A DNA stretch of 64,000 bases from Carpediemonas membranifera BICM (taxonomy: Eukaryota; Protista; Fornicata), in NCBI GenBank assembly GCA_019828565.1, contig JAHDYR010000005.1, positions 124,001 through 188,000 of the forward strand, read 5' to 3'. Under the pieces are notes generated by a model that did not search any database, was not told the DNA's origin, and worked only from the letters and a program-made list of their open reading frames with translations. Below are positions 10,155 through 24,400 of the stretch, piece after piece. Within the stretch, counting starts at the first letter, position 1. Every line of letters begins with the position of its first letter. The position numbers and the translations under genes were made by a program.

Positions 10155-11777
10155 TCACCGCGGCTTCATCTGCCACAGCATCTCGACCGAGAGATCCGAG
10201 TAGAAGTCGCTCTCATCCGAGACCGCACCCACCGTGAACAGCTCTTGCGGTGGCAGGGATAGAGGATGGATATCATGTGACAGCTGCATCAGATACTTGT
10301 ATGAATCTGGAGCAGGGTTGAAAATCGTCTCAATATCGCGGAAGTCCTTCGCCTGCACCCGAATCTCCACACAAATCGCTTCCCTGTTTGTCTCCGAGAC
10401 AGAGCTTGCCAAGGCATCGAGAACAACGATCATATCACGAGACATGCCGTCACAAATAACACCGTCTGGCCTGGAATCGGATTTCAGAACATGAACTATT
10501 CGAACAATAAATGACAGCATTCGCTTTGCAGTGCTTGCAGGGATAGAGACTCCAGATCCCACTAAATTATATATAATCGCAACTAAATTCGCTAAATTGA
10601 CGGTTGACGCCAGCGCCGTCACCTCGTCCTGAGCGACAAACAGCGCCCACTCAATAACATCGACTGCAATGGCATGGCCGGTAAGCATGGGCACGCGGAC
10701 CTTGGCCTGTTGCATGGCGTTAATGGCCTTGGTCTCTGTGCACAATGACAAAACGGTCAGGATCGTGAGATATCTAAATGACCCTGCGAGCTCAAGTGTC
10801 AGAGTGGACTGTGTGACCGCTAGCACTCGGGTAAGGGCAGTTATCAAGTGACAGATCTCAGTATCATTCAATTTCGTCAATGAATCTGAGTGGCGTATCA
10901 GGAGATTGAGGATTGTCAAAGATATGAGGGCTTCAGTATCAATCCGCTTCGCAGAGGAGAGCCGATCGGCCACGAGGACGGCAAGCTGGGCTGAATGGCT
11001 CACAGTCGCGTCGGAGTCTGTCAATCCAGAGACGATGAATGTCATGAGAGTGTAGAGCGTTGAAAGGGAATGAGGCGCGTCCTCGCCAAGTGCAGTGGCA
11101 GGAACATCTAGCGATGGTCTAGATCGGATAATGAATGCTGACCAATATTCTTTCAGCCACTGAACGGCATGGGTAAGCCAGTGCGGTGACTGGTGTGCCG
11201 CCAGCCCCGTAACCAACTCAGAGGTGATAATGCTCAGCTGGTTCGAGGATATTCTCGATGACATAGCGTCGCGAAACAGCGGCGAACGTAACATTGCCGC
11301 GTATAATACGAGGGGATCAGTTCGCGTGGCAGTGTCGGCAAGAACTGCCGTCGCCAGGTGGTCAAGAAAAGAATCGAACGAAAAGAGAGATGCGCCACTA
11401 GTTGTGTTGCGGAAGTCTGTAAACACGCCCGTGTCACCCATATAGAAGTTAGCTGGGGCATGATGCTTCGTCTCGAGCAACAAGAGCATGGCTGCGAGTA
11501 GATGAAAGCACCCGGAACGTTCAATGGATGATGTGGTCATCGATACCTCCATTTTCTGATCGGCGAGCATGAATAGCCGTGTGAGATTCCTTGATTGCCT
11601 CAAGGAGGCGAGCGAGTCTTCGCCTTGGAGCGATTGAGCTTCATGAACGAGATTATAAGCTCCGAACTCTGCAGCTTTGGTAAACATAGCTGTCCAAACG
11701 TCCGAACTCAACGGAATCTCCTCAATGGAGGCCAAACGATCCATCTCGTCAATCGACGGTGCTCTGACAAGCGCCAT
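10155..11777 (-). CDS. Hypothetical alpha-helical protein (weakly dymeclin-like)
   Basis: 540-aa ATG ORF; N-terminal EEIPLSSDVW and leucine-rich helices; the family call is tentative. Confidence 0.7.
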   Translation of the reverse strand: MALVRAPSIDEMDRLASIEEIPLSSDVWTAMFTKAAEFGAYNLVHEAQSLQGEDSLASLRQSRNLTRLFMLADQKMEVSMTTSSIERSGCFHLLAAMLLLLETKHHAPANFYMGDTGVFTDFRNTTSGASLFSFDSFLDHLATAVLADTATRTDPLVLYAAMLRSPLFRDAMSSRISSNQLSIITSELVTGLAAHQSPHWLTHAVQWLKEYWSAFIIRSRPSLDVPATALGEDAPHSLSTLYTLMTFIVSGLTDSDATVSHSAQLAVLVADRLSSAKRIDTEALISLTILNLLIRHSDSLTKLNDTEICHLITALTRVLAVTQSTLTLELAGSFRYLTILTVLSLCTETKAINAMQQAKVRVPMLTGHAIAVDVIEWALFVAQDEVTALASTVNLANLVAIIYNLVGSGVSIPASTAKRMLSFIVRIVHVLKSDSRPDGVICDGMSRDMIVVLDALASSVSETNREAICVEIRVQAKDFRDIETIFNPAPDSYKYLMQLSHDIHPLSLPPQELFTVGAVSDESDFYSDLSVEMLWQMKPR

Positions 11778-12831
11778 ATTCTGTCTCGACCAAACTGTGC
11801 AAGGCGTAAGAACGATGCCCTCAAGCTTCCGTCGTGACCATCGCCGACCCTTTTTGCTCCTCTCCCCTCAAGTAATATTGCTCGCATTTTTGAGCAAAGC
11901 GAATTGTGCTATTGAAGGGTCGAACAATGTGTTTATGCTGCGCAACACTGCCCTGTCTCCCTCCTACTCACGTCTTGAGTCAGTAGGGAGATCGTCTTCT
12001 CCAGGGCTTTCGCAAAGTCAAATCGAACGAATACTCGGAAATTCACACGATTCGCCGCTAAATTCCGCTTACAGAAGAAGAAACATGCAGCTCCAGGCAC
12101 TGGCGCTCCCGCCAGTTATCATTACCATCGAGGCAGGGAAGCCACTCAGGACTCAGCCCCAACCACCCATCCCCAAGCAGACCTTCGTACTAATTCAAGC
12201 CAGTGGCAATGCTGGGCACCCGACAGGCTCCCAGCTCCCCTGACGAGGAGGAGGACGACCGGTCTGCGAGCATGGTGAGGCTCGAGGACAGCGACTCGCC
12301 TGTCCACAGCAATATCAGCACCCATTCCAACATTGACGAGGCGGATAACACCGCCTTGAAGAGCAGTAGCAGCGGGAGCCTCCCTATGGACCTACCAACC
12401 GCCTGACCACGCCGATGTTGACATCGAAGATGAAGCTGATGACCCGCCTCGCCTGATGTCGCCGATGTCGAGGTCGAGCTGCCGTCTGAGCTCACGCCCG
12501 CCCTGGGGATGCTGCGTGTCATCCGATGGAACGTCACCGCGCCTGTCGGCGGCCTTACAGCCGGCGCGACTGTGGCTCTAGCAGTCGTTCTTTTACTCCA
12601 AATAGCTTTTGTTCGTTGGAATCGCTCTGGTCCTTGTTCTAATAGTCGTTTATGTGAAGTTCGTGGCGAAATCCTTAAATAGTTTTTTTGGAAGCATCGT
12701 GTGAACGGGGACACGATTGCACACCCTCCCATGGCTTCGACCTTGGTCCTTCAGTCTGCTTTTCCTTTACTCGGTCAACCGATGGATATTTACTCGATTT
12801 TCGAGTGTTATGAGAAGGGACGTGGACGGCC

Positions 12832-13318
12832 TCAGAAGCTGCTAAAGCCGATATCTTGCTCAAATGTCTCGGCGTCGAACCCGGTGACCACGCGGCTATC
12901 CTCGTGGAACATCATCCCAAACCGGGAGAATCCTCCAGACAAGATGAGAATCTCAACAGCCGAATCTGGATAGACGGACAATACATGGCGGAAAAACTGG
13001 TTTGCGGCCTTCGGGCCTCGAGCCTGCGACATCATGCTGCGTGAGGAGATGAGATGACACAAACCAGTGGAACACGATCTTCTTGTGTGTCTTAATTAGC
13101 CCCTTTGCCATGGTAGCAATGAGCTCTGGAGTAAAGTTGAGCAGCGGAATGTTCGCTGAGCCCCTGATATGGCCACAATGAATGTCGTTATCACGCACAT
13201 CAATGATATACACGTTCTTCCTGTTCTCGGGGTCGATAAGTAATGCATGAAGCTCCTCAGGTTGGATATAGCCCAGGGATGGCGATGTTTTATCTGGTTC
13301 GGTCCAATTTGCTGCCAT
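12832..13318 (-). CDS. Cdc25-like/Acr2 rhodanese-fold phosphatase or arsenate reductase, 2 exons (intron 13037-13064)
   Basis: IIDVR, GHIRGSANIP and ILSGGF motifs; splicing the 28-nt GTTTGT...CTCACGCAG intron builds the catalytic VFHCMMSQARGP (HC-X5-R) loop. Confidence 0.9.
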
Positions 13319-13542
13319 TTCTCTCTTCGTTCAGGTTCTTCGCGAAATACGCAAAGCGAGGGCAACTTTGATCCCAGGTATGGTGAAAGTTTACCGCCCA
13401 ACTCTTCCGCCTCCTGTTTCTAGCAATGCATGAGCTTGTGCCGGAGCACTCGATTGCTCGCGTATTCGCGGCATATATTCGGAGTCAGAAATTGACTGTG
13501 GTGGTTTCAAGCATCCAATTATCCAGCCATTGAGAACCACGA

Positions 13543-15023
13543 ATGAAATCACTATTGCTCGTCCTCATAGTCGCATGCATGCTCTTCTTTAGCATTCCTG
13601 TGAGCGCAACCACTAGTAGTACTGGCTACAAGCTCACGATGCTTCAATCGGGCGTGCATTCATGGGCAGCAACGCTTGAACCTGACATTCAAGCAGCTCT
13701 TCAAGGGTTGAAGCTTTCAGACATCAACAGCTGGCAGAATATCAAGATAGGCAATGTCACGTACACGATCGACAATTTTGTCCTGAACACCCTCACCCTC
13801 GGGCCTTTCTCCACCTCGACACGGAAGACTGATCAGGACTTCGAATTCAATCTCCATGACGCCCATGGTGTCGCGACGTTCAACTGGCATTATAAGGATG
13901 TCAAGTTCCCTTACGTTTGTTGTTGGCCACAATTCTCACACAGACTTCAGACAGTGGCCATGGTACAGCCCAAGTCAAGGATTGTACGGTTCTTGTTCAT
14001 ATCGGTGTGGAAAGGACTGACGCAGGAACGCCCCATGGCGTTGTCACTGACTGCCTTGTCAACATCAATAGCATGGATGTCACCCTCGATGGAGGGAAGT
14101 ACAGCTGGCTTTACCAGGCTTTGATTGATGCATGCAAAGATACAGTTATTCGCCACGTTCAGGACGACCTCGTCAAGGCTGCCAACGTTCAGATTCAGCG
14201 TGTTGTCAACAGCAGACTTGCCAAGTGGGACCCATTCTTTGAGATCGACTCGGTTGCATATTTTGACGAGATTTTAGACCATGAGACATCGGGAGCGTAT
14301 TTCGGCGACAATTACATGACATTCCGCATGAACGGGCTGACCTCACCATCCAAGAAGCCATTGCCCCTCGCTGCCCCTGAAATGCCGGACATTGTCAATA
14401 ATAAGGCCCTTCAGCTAATGTTCACAAACGAGGCCTTCCAGACATGGCTCAACACGCATCGATCTGGACACGTCTTCACACAGACCATTTCACAGACAAA
14501 CGTTGACCCAAAGTTGCTGATGTTCTTGAAGGCGGACACATACAAGGGACTTGTTCCTTGGTTTGACGAGGCGCATTCCGGTAAGGTTTTCAGCGTCAAT
14601 CTCACTGTTGTCAATTCAATCGTCACCAAGGTTATGCCTGCTGCAGTTTCAGTTGAAACCACTGTCATCGTGAGCATCATTGTAGACGAAACCACGCCTG
14701 TGACACTCTCGATCGACTTAACATTGGCGATGTATCCTGGGGTCACAACGGGGACGCAGGCACTGACACCATCGTTCAAGTACTATAAGGACGTTGTCAC
14801 AGATGTGAAATCAGAAGGCCCGATCGAAACAGATCACCTTGTTGGCCCTCTGAAGATTCTATACAGCAAAGGCGTGGTTCCATGGCTTGAGCGCTGGGCT
14901 GCCGCGTCAGCAATGCCCCTTCCTCCAGTCGATGGCCTGCAGTATAGTAATGCCACCGTGACATACAACGAAGCCTTCGCATTTGTTGCGATTGGTTGCG
15001 ATTTTTGCAATGTTATTCCATAA
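13543..15023 (+). CDS. Secreted BPI/LBP/CETP (TULIP) family lipid-binding protein, 2 exons (intron 13915-13943)
   Basis: Signal peptide; a 29-nt GTTTGT...CTCACACAG intron joins KFPY to TSDSGHG; CLVNINSMDVTLDGGKYSWLY and terminal PLPPVDGLQYSNATV are BPI-like patterns. Confidence 0.82.
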
Positions 15024-15441
15024 ACTGCTTGTATACATGGTGGGGGACGGCGGAAGCAGGTCGCTGCCGGTGGAGGGACAGAATTCCTTAGCTTTCCCCG
15101 CCACCGCACCCCCCGCCGACTACAGCGAGATACCAGCTGGACAGTATCGTGGACGAGGCCACTGGCACATTCCTCTGATCTCGTGCGACGCGCCTGTGCT
15201 TGCTGTACCATCCGTCGGCACCTCCGCGGCAGCAGCCGACCCAGATGCTCGAGCCTGGCTCAAAGAAAGTCGAAGCCAGACATTGTCCACTCCCACGTCG
15301 CATCGCTCCACTAGCAACCAACCAAGGTCAAAGCCTACGAGCTCAGTAAGGCTGCAGGCTCCCTTTTGGGAGAACGAAACGTCCTGCTGAGATACCGAGG
15401 TAAGCCGCCAAGCTACTCCCACCTCTGCGAACTAAGCTTTT

Positions 15442-18400
15442 GGTATGAGACCATCGGCTATGTTGTGCCTCGCGCCTTCCGGGAGGCTGGCTCCCGGCTT
15501 CAGGTCCTGGTCGCCCAAGGTGAACTCTCCTGGGAGCGCCGCCGAGCATTTGGAGGCTATCTTGATGACTTCACCCTGGATGGCGCCGCATACCAGCTGG
15601 CTGCAGTTCGAGTGAACCCCAGTCCACCGTCACGCACCTTCAGGAACATCTTATCTGTGAGTTGAATCAACCGAAGGAAAATATCGAACACTGGTTGACA
15701 TCACCATCACGTGCTAAATTGGAGGACGTTGCTGAGCTACGTGCTCCTGGAACCGATGGGGCATTGTGCGCCCCATGTGTTCCGGTAGCACGCAGCCGAG
15801 AAAACGACTGCATCCCGGGAAGAAACGATCAGAAACATCTTCTGGTATGTTTGAAACAGGGCTCGGCTCAGCGCATTCTACCTTTTACCACAGCACTTGA
15901 CGTGGACAGAGAGAATGCTACACGGAAACTAGTATCGTTTCGTGCTGGGGCTTCCTGATCTTTTCAGTGCAATTATATTCAACGAAACAACTTAGGACCA
16001 ACGGACATGGGCGATCAGCAGCAACAAATGCTCATGGGTATAGATCGCCTGGGAAGTTATGAAGAGTACGCCTTTAAATGTTCCATTTATGAGCCAACTC
16101 ACGCAAAGGGTAAGGAGTGGGTTGGGTGGGGTGCTTAGTAGTCAACGGCCGAATAGCCCTGCCTCACGCAGAACGAGATGTCCTGTTGGGCGGTGTGGTT
16201 GTAGGAGTGGATGGTGCGGGCCATGTCCAGGATGAAGGGTCCGGCGATGGCGGCGCGGATGTACGCCTTCTTGGGCGGGCGGGGACCAGAAGCAGCCTTG
16301 AGTGTTTTGTGAAGGGTCGCTGCGACTGTGTCCAAGTTCGCTCCGCCGACGCCGAGATTGAGAATCACGGCGTCCACGTCATACAGGCGTGCTTTCCACT
16401 GAGACTGCTTGCGATAGTCTCTGTTGCTCATCAAGATGCACGTAGGTGCAGCCTCGCCAGTAGCCTTGCAGTGTTCGAGCGTGCCGCAGATCTTGAGGAC
16501 TGTGGGCTGCTGTCGATCGCCTTTCGGTATGAGACCATCGGCTATGTTGTGCCTCGCGCCTTCCGGGAGGCTGGCTCCCGGCTTCAGGTCCTGGTCGCCC
16601 AAGGTGAACTCTCCTGGGAGCGCCGCCGAGCATTTGGAGGCTATCTTGATGACTTCACCCTGGATGGCGCCGCATACCAGCTGGCTGCAGTTCGAGTGAA
16701 CCCCAGTCCACCGTCACGCACCTTCAGGAACATCTTATCTGTGAGTTGAATCAACCGAAGGAAAATATCGAACACTGGTTGACATCACCATCACGTGCTA
16801 AATTGGAGGACGTTGCTGAGCTACGTGCTCCTGGAACCGATGGGGCATTGTGCGCCCCATGTGTTCCGGTAGCACGCAGCCGAGAAAACGACTGCATCCC
16901 GGGAAGAAACGATCAGAAACATCTTCTGGTATGTTTGAAACAGGGCTCGGCTCAGCGCATTCTACCTTTTACCACAGCACTTGACGTGGACAGAGAGAAT
17001 GCTACACGGAAACTAGTATCGTTTCGTGCTGGGGCTTCCTGATCTTTTCAGTGCAATTATATTCAACGAAACAACTTAGGACCAACGGACATGGGCGATC
17101 AGCAGCAACAAATGCTCATGGGTATAGATCGCCTGGGAAGTTATGAAGAGTACGCCTTTAAATGTTCCATTTATGAGCCAACTCACGCAAAGGGTAAGGA
17201 GTGGGTTGGGTGGGGTGCTTAGTAGTCAACGGCCGAATAGCCCTGCCTCACGCAGAACGAGATGTCCTGTTGGGCGGTGTGGTTGTAGGAGTGGATGGTG
17301 CGGGCCATGTCCAGGATGAAGGGTCCGGCGATGGCGGCGCGGATGTACGCCTTCTTGGGCGGGCGGGGACCAGAAGCAGCCTTGAGTGTTTTGTGAAGGG
17401 TCGCTGCGACTGTGTCCAAGTTCGCTCCGCCGACGCCGAGATTGAGAATCACGGCGTCCACGTCATACAGGCGTGCTTTCCACTGAGACTGCTTGCGATA
17501 GTCTCTGTTGCTCATCAAGATGCACGTAGGTGCAGCCTCGCCAGTAGCCTTGCAGTGTTCGAGCGTGCCGCAGATCTTGAGGACTGTGGGCTGCTGTCGA
17601 TCGCCTTTCGGTATGAGACCATCGGCTATGTTGTGCCTCGCGCCTTCCGGGAGGCTGGCTCCCGGCTTCAGGTCCTGGTCGCCCAAGGTGAACTCTCCTG
17701 GGAGCGCCGCCGAGCATTTGGAGGCTATCTTGATGACTTCACCCTGGATGGCGCCGCATACCAGCTGGCTGCAGTTCGAGTGAACCCCAGTCCACCGTCA
17801 CGCACCTTCAGGAACATCTTATCTGTGAGTTGAATCAACCGAAGGAAAATATCGAACACTGGTTGACATCACCATCACGTGCTAAATTGGAGGACGTTGC
17901 TGAGCTACGTGCTCCTGGAACCGATGGGGCATTGTGCGCCCCATGTGTTCCGGTAGCACGCAGCCGAGAAAACGACTGCATCCCGGGAAGAAACGATCAG
18001 AAACATCTTCTGGTATGTTTGAAACAGGGCTCGGCTCAGCGCATTCTACCTTTTACCACAGCACTTGACGTGGACAGAGAGAATGCTACACGGAAACTAG
18101 TATCGTTTCGTGCTGGGGCTTCCTGATCTTTTCAGTGCAATTATATTCAACGAAACAACTTAGGACCAACGGACATGGGCGATCAGCAGCAACAAATGCT
18201 CATGGGTATAGATCGCCTGGGAAGTTATGAAGAGTACGCCTTTAAATGTTCCATTTATGAGCCAACTCACGCAAAGGGTAAGGAGTGGGTTGGGTGGGGT
18301 GCTTAGTAGTCAACGGCCGAATAGCCCTGCCTCACGCAGAACGAGATGTCCTGTTGGGCGGTGTGGTTGTAGGAGTGGATGGTGCGGGCCATGTCCAGGA

Positions 18401-21400
18401 TGAAGGGTCCGGCGATGGCGGCGCGGATGTACGCCTTCTTGGGCGGGCGGGGACCAGAAGCAGCCTTGAGTGTTTTGTGAAGGGTCGCTGCGACTGTGTC
18501 CAAGTTCGCTCCGCCGACGCCGAGATTGAGAATCACGGCGTCCACGTCATACAGGCGTGCTTTCCACTGAGACTGCTTGCGATAGTCTCTGTTGCTCATC
18601 AAGATGCACGTAGGTGCAGCCTCGCCAGTAGCCTTGCAGTGTTCGAGCGTGCCGCAGATCTTGAGGACTGTGGGCTGCTGTCGATCGCCTTTCGGTATGA
18701 GACCATCGGCTATGTTGTGCCTCGCGCCTTCCGGGAGGCTGGCTCCCGGCTTCAGGTCCTGGTCGCCCAAGGTGAACTCTCCTGGGAGCGCCGCCGAGCA
18801 TTTGGAGGCTATCTTGATGACTTCACCCTGGATGGCGCCGCATACCAGCTGGCTGCAGTTCGAGTGAACCCCAGTCCACCGTCACGCACCTTCAGGAACA
18901 TCTTATCTGTGAGTTGAATCAACCGAAGGGAAAATATCGAACACTGGTTGACATCACCATCACGTGCTAAATTGGAGGACGTTGCTGAGCTACGTGCTCC
19001 TGGAACCGATGGGGCATTGTGCGCCCCATGTGTTCCGGTAGCACGCAGCCGAGAAAACGACTGCATCCCGGGAAGAAACGATCAGAAACATCTTCTGGTA
19101 TGTTTGAAACAGGGCTCGGCTCAGCGCATTCTACCTTTTACCACAGCACTTGACGTGGACAGAGAGAATGCTACACGGAAACTAGTATCGTTTCGTGCTG
19201 GGGCTTCCTGATCTTTTCAGTGCAATTATATTCAACGAAACAACTTAGGACCAACGGACATGGGCGATCAGCAGCAACAAATGCTCATGGGTATAGATCG
19301 CCTGGGAAGTTATGAAGAGTACGCCTTTAAATGTTCCATTTATGAGCCAACTCACGCAAAGGGTAAGGAGTGGGTTGGGTGGGGTGCTTAGTAGTCAACG
19401 GCCGAATAGCCCTGCCTCACGCAGAACGAGATGTCCTGTTGGGCGGTGTGGTTGTAGGAGTGGATGGTGCGGGCCATGTCCAGGATGAAGGGTCCGGCGA
19501 TGGCGGCGCGGATGTACGCCTTCTTGGGCGGGCGGGGACCAGAAGCAGCCTTGAGTGTTTTTGTGAAGGGTCGCTGCGACTGTGTCCAAGTTCGCTCCGC
19601 CGACGCCGAGATTGAGAATCACGGCGTCCACGTCATACAGGCGTGCTTTCCACTGAGACTGCTTGCGATAGTCTCTGTTGCTCATCAAGATGCACGTAGG
19701 TGCAGCCTCGCCAGTAGCCTTGCAGTGTTCGAGCGTGCCGCAGATCTTGAGGACTGTGGGCTGCTGTCGATCGCCTTTCGGTATGAGACCATCGGCTATG
19801 TTGTGCCTCGCGCCTTCCGGGAGGCTGGCTCCCGGCTTCAGGTCCTGGTCGCCCAAGGTGAACTCTCCTGGGAGCGCCGCCGAGCATTTGGAGGCTATCT
19901 TGATGACTTCACCCCTGGATGGCGCCGCATACCAGCTGGCTGCAGTTCGAGTGAACCCCAGTCCACCGTCACGCACCTTCAGGAACATCTTATCTGTGAG
20001 TTGAATCAACCGAAGGAAAATATCGAACACTGGTTGACATCACCATCACGTGCTAAATTGGAGGACGTTGCTGAGCTACGTGCTCCTGGAACCGATGGGG
20101 CATTGTGCGCCCCATGTGTTCCGGTAGCACGCAGCCGAGAAACGACTGCATCCCGGGAAGAAACGATCAGAAACATCTTCTGGTATGTTTGAAACAGGGC
20201 TCGGCTCAGCGCATTCTACCTTTTACCACAGCACTTGACGTGGACAGAGAGAATGCTACACGGAAACTAGTATCGTTTCGTGCTGGGGCTTCCTGATCTT
20301 TTCAGTGCAATTATATTCAACGAAACAACTTAGGACCAACGGACATGGGCGATCAGCAGCAACAAATGCTCATGGGTATAGATCGCCTGGGAAGTTATGA
20401 AGAGTATGCCTTTAAATGTTCCATTTATGAGCCAACTCACGCAAAGGGTAAGGAGTGGGTTGGGTGGGGTGCTTAGTAGTCAACGGCCGAATAGCCCTGC
20501 CTCACGCAGAACGAGATGTCCTGTTGGGCGGTGTGGTTGTAGGAGTGGATGGTGCGGGCCATGTCCAGGATGAAGGGTCCGGCGATGGCGGCGCGGATGT
20601 ACGCCTTCTTGGGCGGGCGGGGACCAGAAGCAGCCTTGAGTGTTTTGTGAAGGGTCGCTGCGACTGTGTCCAAGTTCGCTCCGCCGACGCCGAGATTGAG
20701 AATCACGGCGTCCACGTCATACAGGCGTGCTTTCCACTGAGACTGCTTGCGATAGTCTCTGTTGCTCATCAAGATGCACGTAGGTGCAGCCTCGCCAGTA
20801 GCCTTGCAGTGTTCGAGCGTGCCGCAGATCTTGAGGACTGTGGGCTGCTGTCGATCGCCTTTCGGTATGAGACCATCGGCTATGTTGTGCCTCGCGCCTT
20901 CCGGGAGGCTGGCTCCCGGCTTCAGGTCCTGGTCGCCCAAGGTGAACTCTCCTGGGAGCGCCGCCGAGCATTTGGAGGCTATCTTGATGACTTCACCCTG
21001 GATGGCGCCGCATACCAGCTGGCTGCAGTTCGAGTGAACCCCAGTCCACCGTCACGCACCTTCAGGAACATCTTATCTGTGAGTTGAATCAACCGAAGGA
21101 AAATATCGAACACTGGTTGACATCACCATCACGTGCTAAATTGGAGGACGTTGCTGAGCTACGTGCTCCTGGAACCGATGGGGCATTGTGCGCCCCATGT
21201 GTTCCGGTAGCACGCAGCCGAGAAACGACTGCATCCCGGGAAGAAACGATCAGAAACATCTTCTGGTATGTTTGAAACAGGGCTCGGCTCAGCGCATTCT
21301 ACCTTTTACCACAGCACTTGACGTGGACAGAGAGAATGCTACACGGAAACTAGTATCGTTTCGTGCTGGGGCTTCCTGATCTTTTCAGTGCAATTATATT

Positions 21401-24400
21401 CAACGAAACAACTTAGGACCAACGGACATGGGCGATCAGCAGCAACAAATGCTCATGGGTATAGATCGCCTGGGAAGTTATGAAGAGTACGCCTTTAAAT
21501 GTTCCATTTATGAGCCAACTCACGCAAAGGGTAAGGAGTGGGTTGGGTGGGGTGCTTAGTAGTCAACGGCCGAATAGCCCTGCCTCACGCAGAACGAGAT
21601 GTCCTGTTGGGCGGTGTGGTTGTAGGAGTGGATGGTGCGGGCCATGTCCAGGATGAAGGGTCCGGCGATGGCGGCGCGGATGTACGCCTTCTTGGGCGGG
21701 CGGGGACCAGAAGCAGCCTTGAGTGTTTTTGTGAAGGGTCGCTGCGACTGTGTCCAAGTTCGCTCCGCCGACGCCGAGATTGAGAATCACGGCGTCCACG
21801 TCATACAGGCGTGCTTTCCACTGAGACTGCTTGCGATAGTCTCTGTTGCTCATCAAGATGCACGTAGGTGCAGCCTCGCCAGTAGCCTTGCAGTGTTCGA
21901 GCGTGCCGCAGATCTTGAGGACTGTGGGCTGCTGTCGATCGCCTTTCGGTATGAGACCATCGGCTATGTTGTGCCTCGCGCCTTCCGGGAGGCTGGCTCC
22001 CGGCTTCAGGTCCTGGTCGCCCAAGGTGAACTCTCCTGGGAGCGCCGCCGAGCATTTGGAGGCTATCTTGATGACTTCACCCTGGATGGCGCCGCATACC
22101 AGCTGGCTGCAGTTCGAGTGAACCCCAGTCCACCGTCACGCACCTTCAGGAACATCTTATCTGTGAGTTGAATCAACCGAAGGAAAATATCGAACACTGG
22201 TTGACATCACCATCACGTGCTAAATTGGAGGACGTTGCTGAGCTACGTGCTCCTGGAACCGATGGGGCATTGTGCGCCCCATGTGTTCCGGTAGCACGCA
22301 GCCGAGAAACGACTGCATCCCGGGAAGAAACGATCAGAAACATCTTCTGGTATGTTTGAAACAGGGCTCGGCTCAGCGCATTCTACCTTTTACCACAGCA
22401 CTTGACGTGGACAGAGAGAATGCTACACGGAAACTAGTATCGTTTCGTGCTGGGGCTTCCTGATCTTTTCAGTGCAATTATATTCAACGAAACAACTTAG
22501 GACCAACGGACATGGGCGATCAGCAGCAACAAATGCTCATGGGTATAGATCGCCTGGGAAGTTATGAAGAGTACGCCTTTAAATGTTCCATTTATGAGCC
22601 AACTCACGCAAAGGGTAAGGAGTGGGTTGGGTGGGGTGCTTAGTAGTCAACGGCCGAATAGCCCTGCCTCACGCAGAACGAGATGTCCTGTTGGGCGGTG
22701 TGGTTGTAGGAGTGGATGGTGCGGGCCATGTCCAGGATGAAGGGTCCGGCGATGGCGGCGCGGATGTACGCCTTCTTGGGCGGGCGGGGACCAGAAGCAG
22801 CCTTGAGTGTTTTGTGAAGGGTCGCTGCGACTGTGTCCAAGTTCGCTCCGCCGACGCCGAGATTGAGAATCACGGCGTCCACGTCATACAGGCGTGCTTT
22901 CCACTGAGACTGCTTGCGATAGTCTCTGTTGCTCATCAAGATGCACGTAGGTGCAGCCTCGCCAGTAGCCTTGCAGTGTTCGAGCGTGCCGCAGATCTTG
23001 AGGACTGTGGGCTGCTGTCGATCGCCTTTCGGTATGAGACCATCGGCTATGTTGTGCCTCGCGCCTTCCGGGAGGCTGGCTCCCGGCTTCAGGTCCTGGT
23101 CGCCCAAGGTGAACTCTCCTGGGAGCGCCGCCGAGCATTTGGAGGCTATCTTGATGACTTCACCCTGGATGGCGCCGCATACCAGCTGGCTGCAGTTCGA
23201 GTGAACCCCAGTCCACCGTCACGCACCTTCAGGAACATCTTATCTGTGAGTTGAATCAACCGAAGGAAAATATCGAACACTGGTTGACATCACCATCACG
23301 TGCTAAATTGGAGGACGTTGCGGAGCTACGTGCTCCTGGAACCGATGGGGCATTGTGCGCCCCATGTGTTCCGGTAGCACGCAGCCGAGAAAACGACTGC
23401 ATCCCGGGAAGAAACGATCAGAAACATCTTCTGGTATGTTTGAAACAGGGCTCGGCTCAGCGCATTCTACCTTTTACCACAGCACTTGACGTGGACAGAG
23501 AGAATGCTACACGGAAACTAGTATCGTTTCGTGCTGGGGCTTCCTGATCTTTTCAGTGCAATTATATTCAACGAAACAACTTAGGACCAACGGACATGGG
23601 CGATCAGCAGCAACAAATGCTCATGGGTATAGATCGCCTGGGAAGTTATGAAGAGTACGCCTTTAAATGTTCCATTTATGAGCCAACTCACGCAAAGGGT
23701 AAGGAGTGGGTTGGGTGGGGTGCTTAGTAGTCAACGGCCGAATAGCCCTGCCTCACGCAGAACGAGATGTCCTGTTGGGCGGTGTGGTTGTAGGAGTGGA
23801 TGGTGCGGGCCATGTCCAGGATGAAGGGTCCGGCGATGGCGGCGCGGATGTACGCCTTCTTGGGCGGGCGGGGACCAGAAGCAGCCTTGAGTGTTTTGTG
23901 AAGGGTCGCTGCGACTGTGTCCAAGTTCGCTCCGCCGACGCCGAGATTGAGAATCACGGCGTCCACGTCATACAGGCGTGCTTTCCACTGAGACTGCTTG
24001 CGATAGTCTCTGTTGCTCATCAAGATGCACAGTAGGTGCAGCCTCGCCAGTAGCCTTGCAGTGTTCGAGCGTGCCGCAGATCTTGAGGACTGTGGGCTGC
24101 TGTCGATCGCCTTTCGGTATGAGACCATCGGCTATGTTGTGCCTCGCGCCTTCCGGGAGGCTGGCTCCCGGCTTCAGGTCCTGGTCGCCCAAGGTGAACT
24201 CTCCTGGGAGCGCCGCCGAGCATTTGGAGGCTATCTTGATGACTTCACCCTGGATGGCGCCGCATACCAGCTGGCTGCAGTTCGAGTGAACCCCAGTCCA
24301 CCGTCACGCACCTTCAGGAACATCTTATCTGTGAGTTGAATCAACCGAAGGAAAATATCGAACACTGGTTGACATCACCATCACGTGCTAAATTGGAGGA

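Noticed and set aside
11800-12800. Possible small spliced gene(s)
   Set aside because: Only short low-complexity frames; no convincing start, intron or motif
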